From positions 1-26,227 of IMG/VR virus record IMGVR_UViG_3300006164_000037: DNA of 26,227 bases, one strand, 5' to 3'. This DNA is from a virus. Lineage: Duplodnaviria > Caudoviricetes. Both the position numbers and the translations under genes were made by a program. The notes under the pieces are model-generated. The model saw nothing but the letters and a program-made list of their open reading frames with translations. It was not told the origin of the DNA and searched no databases. Shown here piece after piece: positions 25,644 through 26,227 of the stretch; the first letter of the stretch is position 1, and every line of letters starts with the position of its first letter.

Positions 25644-25652
25644 TATAAATAT
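25644..25652 (-). promoter_or_regulatory. ATATTTATA motif (putative late promoter)
   Basis: Exact copy between bS21 terminator and scaffold leader. Confidence 0.75.
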
Positions 25653-25671
25653 ATACAGATATACGAAAAAT

Positions 25672-25700
25672 AAAAAAGGGAACAAAAAATTGTTCCCTTT
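25672..25700 (-). terminator. Intrinsic terminator after bS21 gene
   Basis: Sense AAAGGGAACAA-loop-UUGUUCCCUUU followed by further Us. Confidence 0.9.
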
Positions 25701-25716
25701 ATAAAAATAGTTGTGT

Positions 25717-26079
25717 TTATTGTGCCTGGCCATTGATTATGGCTGTCCAGCATGGATGCCACCTATCATATCCCTTCTTAATTCTTTCATGATATTGCTG
25801 GTTTCGAATAGCCTCCTCTTTTTGTATCTTTCTTTTTTGTGAAGGTTTTTCATAATACTTTTTTGATCGTAATCTCATCATGGTATCATCATCCCTTAAT
25901 TGTTTCTTTAGATACCTTAATGCTTTTTCTAATGTTCCATAATTAGAGTCCGGTACTTTTACTGCCATTGCGTTTCCTGGGACAAAAAACTCTTCTCTTC
26001 TATGTCTTTTGAAGTTTGACTTTTTGAAATTGCCATCTTTATTATAAGGACGGTCTTTTTTGTAATCTTTTTTGTACAT
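25717..26079 (-). CDS. rpsU: Phage-encoded 30S ribosomal protein bS21 with terminal extensions
   Basis: AVKV...LEKALRYLKKQL...MRLRSKKYYEKPSQKRK matches the bS21 core (V...LE.AL+.FK+......+..+.YEKPS.KR). Alternative internal ATG at 25968. Confidence 0.88.
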   Translation of the reverse strand: MYKKDYKKDRPYNKDGNFKKSNFKRHRREEFFVPGNAMAVKVPDSNYGTLEKALRYLKKQLRDDDTMMRLRSKKYYEKPSQKRKIQKEEAIRNQQYHERIKKGYDRWHPCWTAIINGQAQ

Positions 26080-26122
26080 ATGTATTTGTTTTAGTTAAAC
26101 GTTTAATTACTATAATATAAAC

Positions 26123-26152
26123 AAAAAAAATGACATATAAAAATATATGTCA
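26123..26152 (-). terminator. Intrinsic terminator upstream of bS21 gene
   Basis: Sense UGACAUAUA-loop-UAUAUGUCA-UUUUUUUU. Confidence 0.8.
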
Positions 26153-26175
26153 CTTAATTGCACATTTATTATTTA

Positions 26176-26227
26176 TTATCTTAGATCCATATAGTCTTTA
26201 GAAGAATCTATTTTTTTAAGATTAGCC
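26176..26227 (-). CDS. 3' end of an upstream gene (partial)
   Basis: Open frame ...ANLKKIDSSKDYMDLR* ending in TAA at 26176-26178, followed by a terminator. Too short to identify. Confidence 0.5.
   Translation of the reverse strand, partial: ANLKKIDSSKDYMDLR

Noticed and set aside
483-25652. Plus-strand T4 late promoters (TATAAATA) driving antisense genes
   Set aside because: No credible plus-strand genes; motif positions track minus-strand starts and terminators. Antisense transcription is not strictly excluded.
1-26227. Stop-codon reassignment, introns/inteins, tRNA or rRNA genes
   Set aside because: Long genes are intact under the standard code and TAA, TAG and TGA all end genes; spacers are short and no such elements were recognised.

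Overview
AT-rich phage DNA. Essentially all real genes lie on the minus strand and form the virion morphogenesis module of a large T4-like myovirus. In transcription order (right to left): end of an upstream gene, phage-encoded ribosomal protein bS21, acidic prohead scaffold, gp23-like major capsid protein, PhoH, gp13/gp14-like neck proteins, gp15-like tail terminator, a small coiled-coil protein, tail sheath, tail tube, tail assembly chaperone, a small protein, tape measure protein, a repeat-bearing tube-initiator-like protein, a LysM/gpX-like protein, a large baseplate hub-like protein, a hypothetical protein, a compact divergent family A DNA polymerase-like protein, and the 5' end of another gene. 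Layout plus bS21 resembles large phages attributed to Bacteroidota hosts (inference). Most notable: (1) an uncalled, start-less 69-codon ORF that opens at a U7 run followed by a GC-rich hairpin at the end of the chaperone gene, indicating a probable +1/-2 programmed frameshift. (2) Two apparent expression classes: genes behind an ATATTTATA motif mostly carry strong Shine-Dalgarno sites, while bS21 and the polA-like gene lack both, suggesting a bS21-driven switch in translation initiation. (3) The candidate late promoter is the reverse complement of the T4 late promoter. (4) A structured 5' leader on the scaffold-capsid operon. Product calls come from motif recognition and synteny only; no database searches were run.
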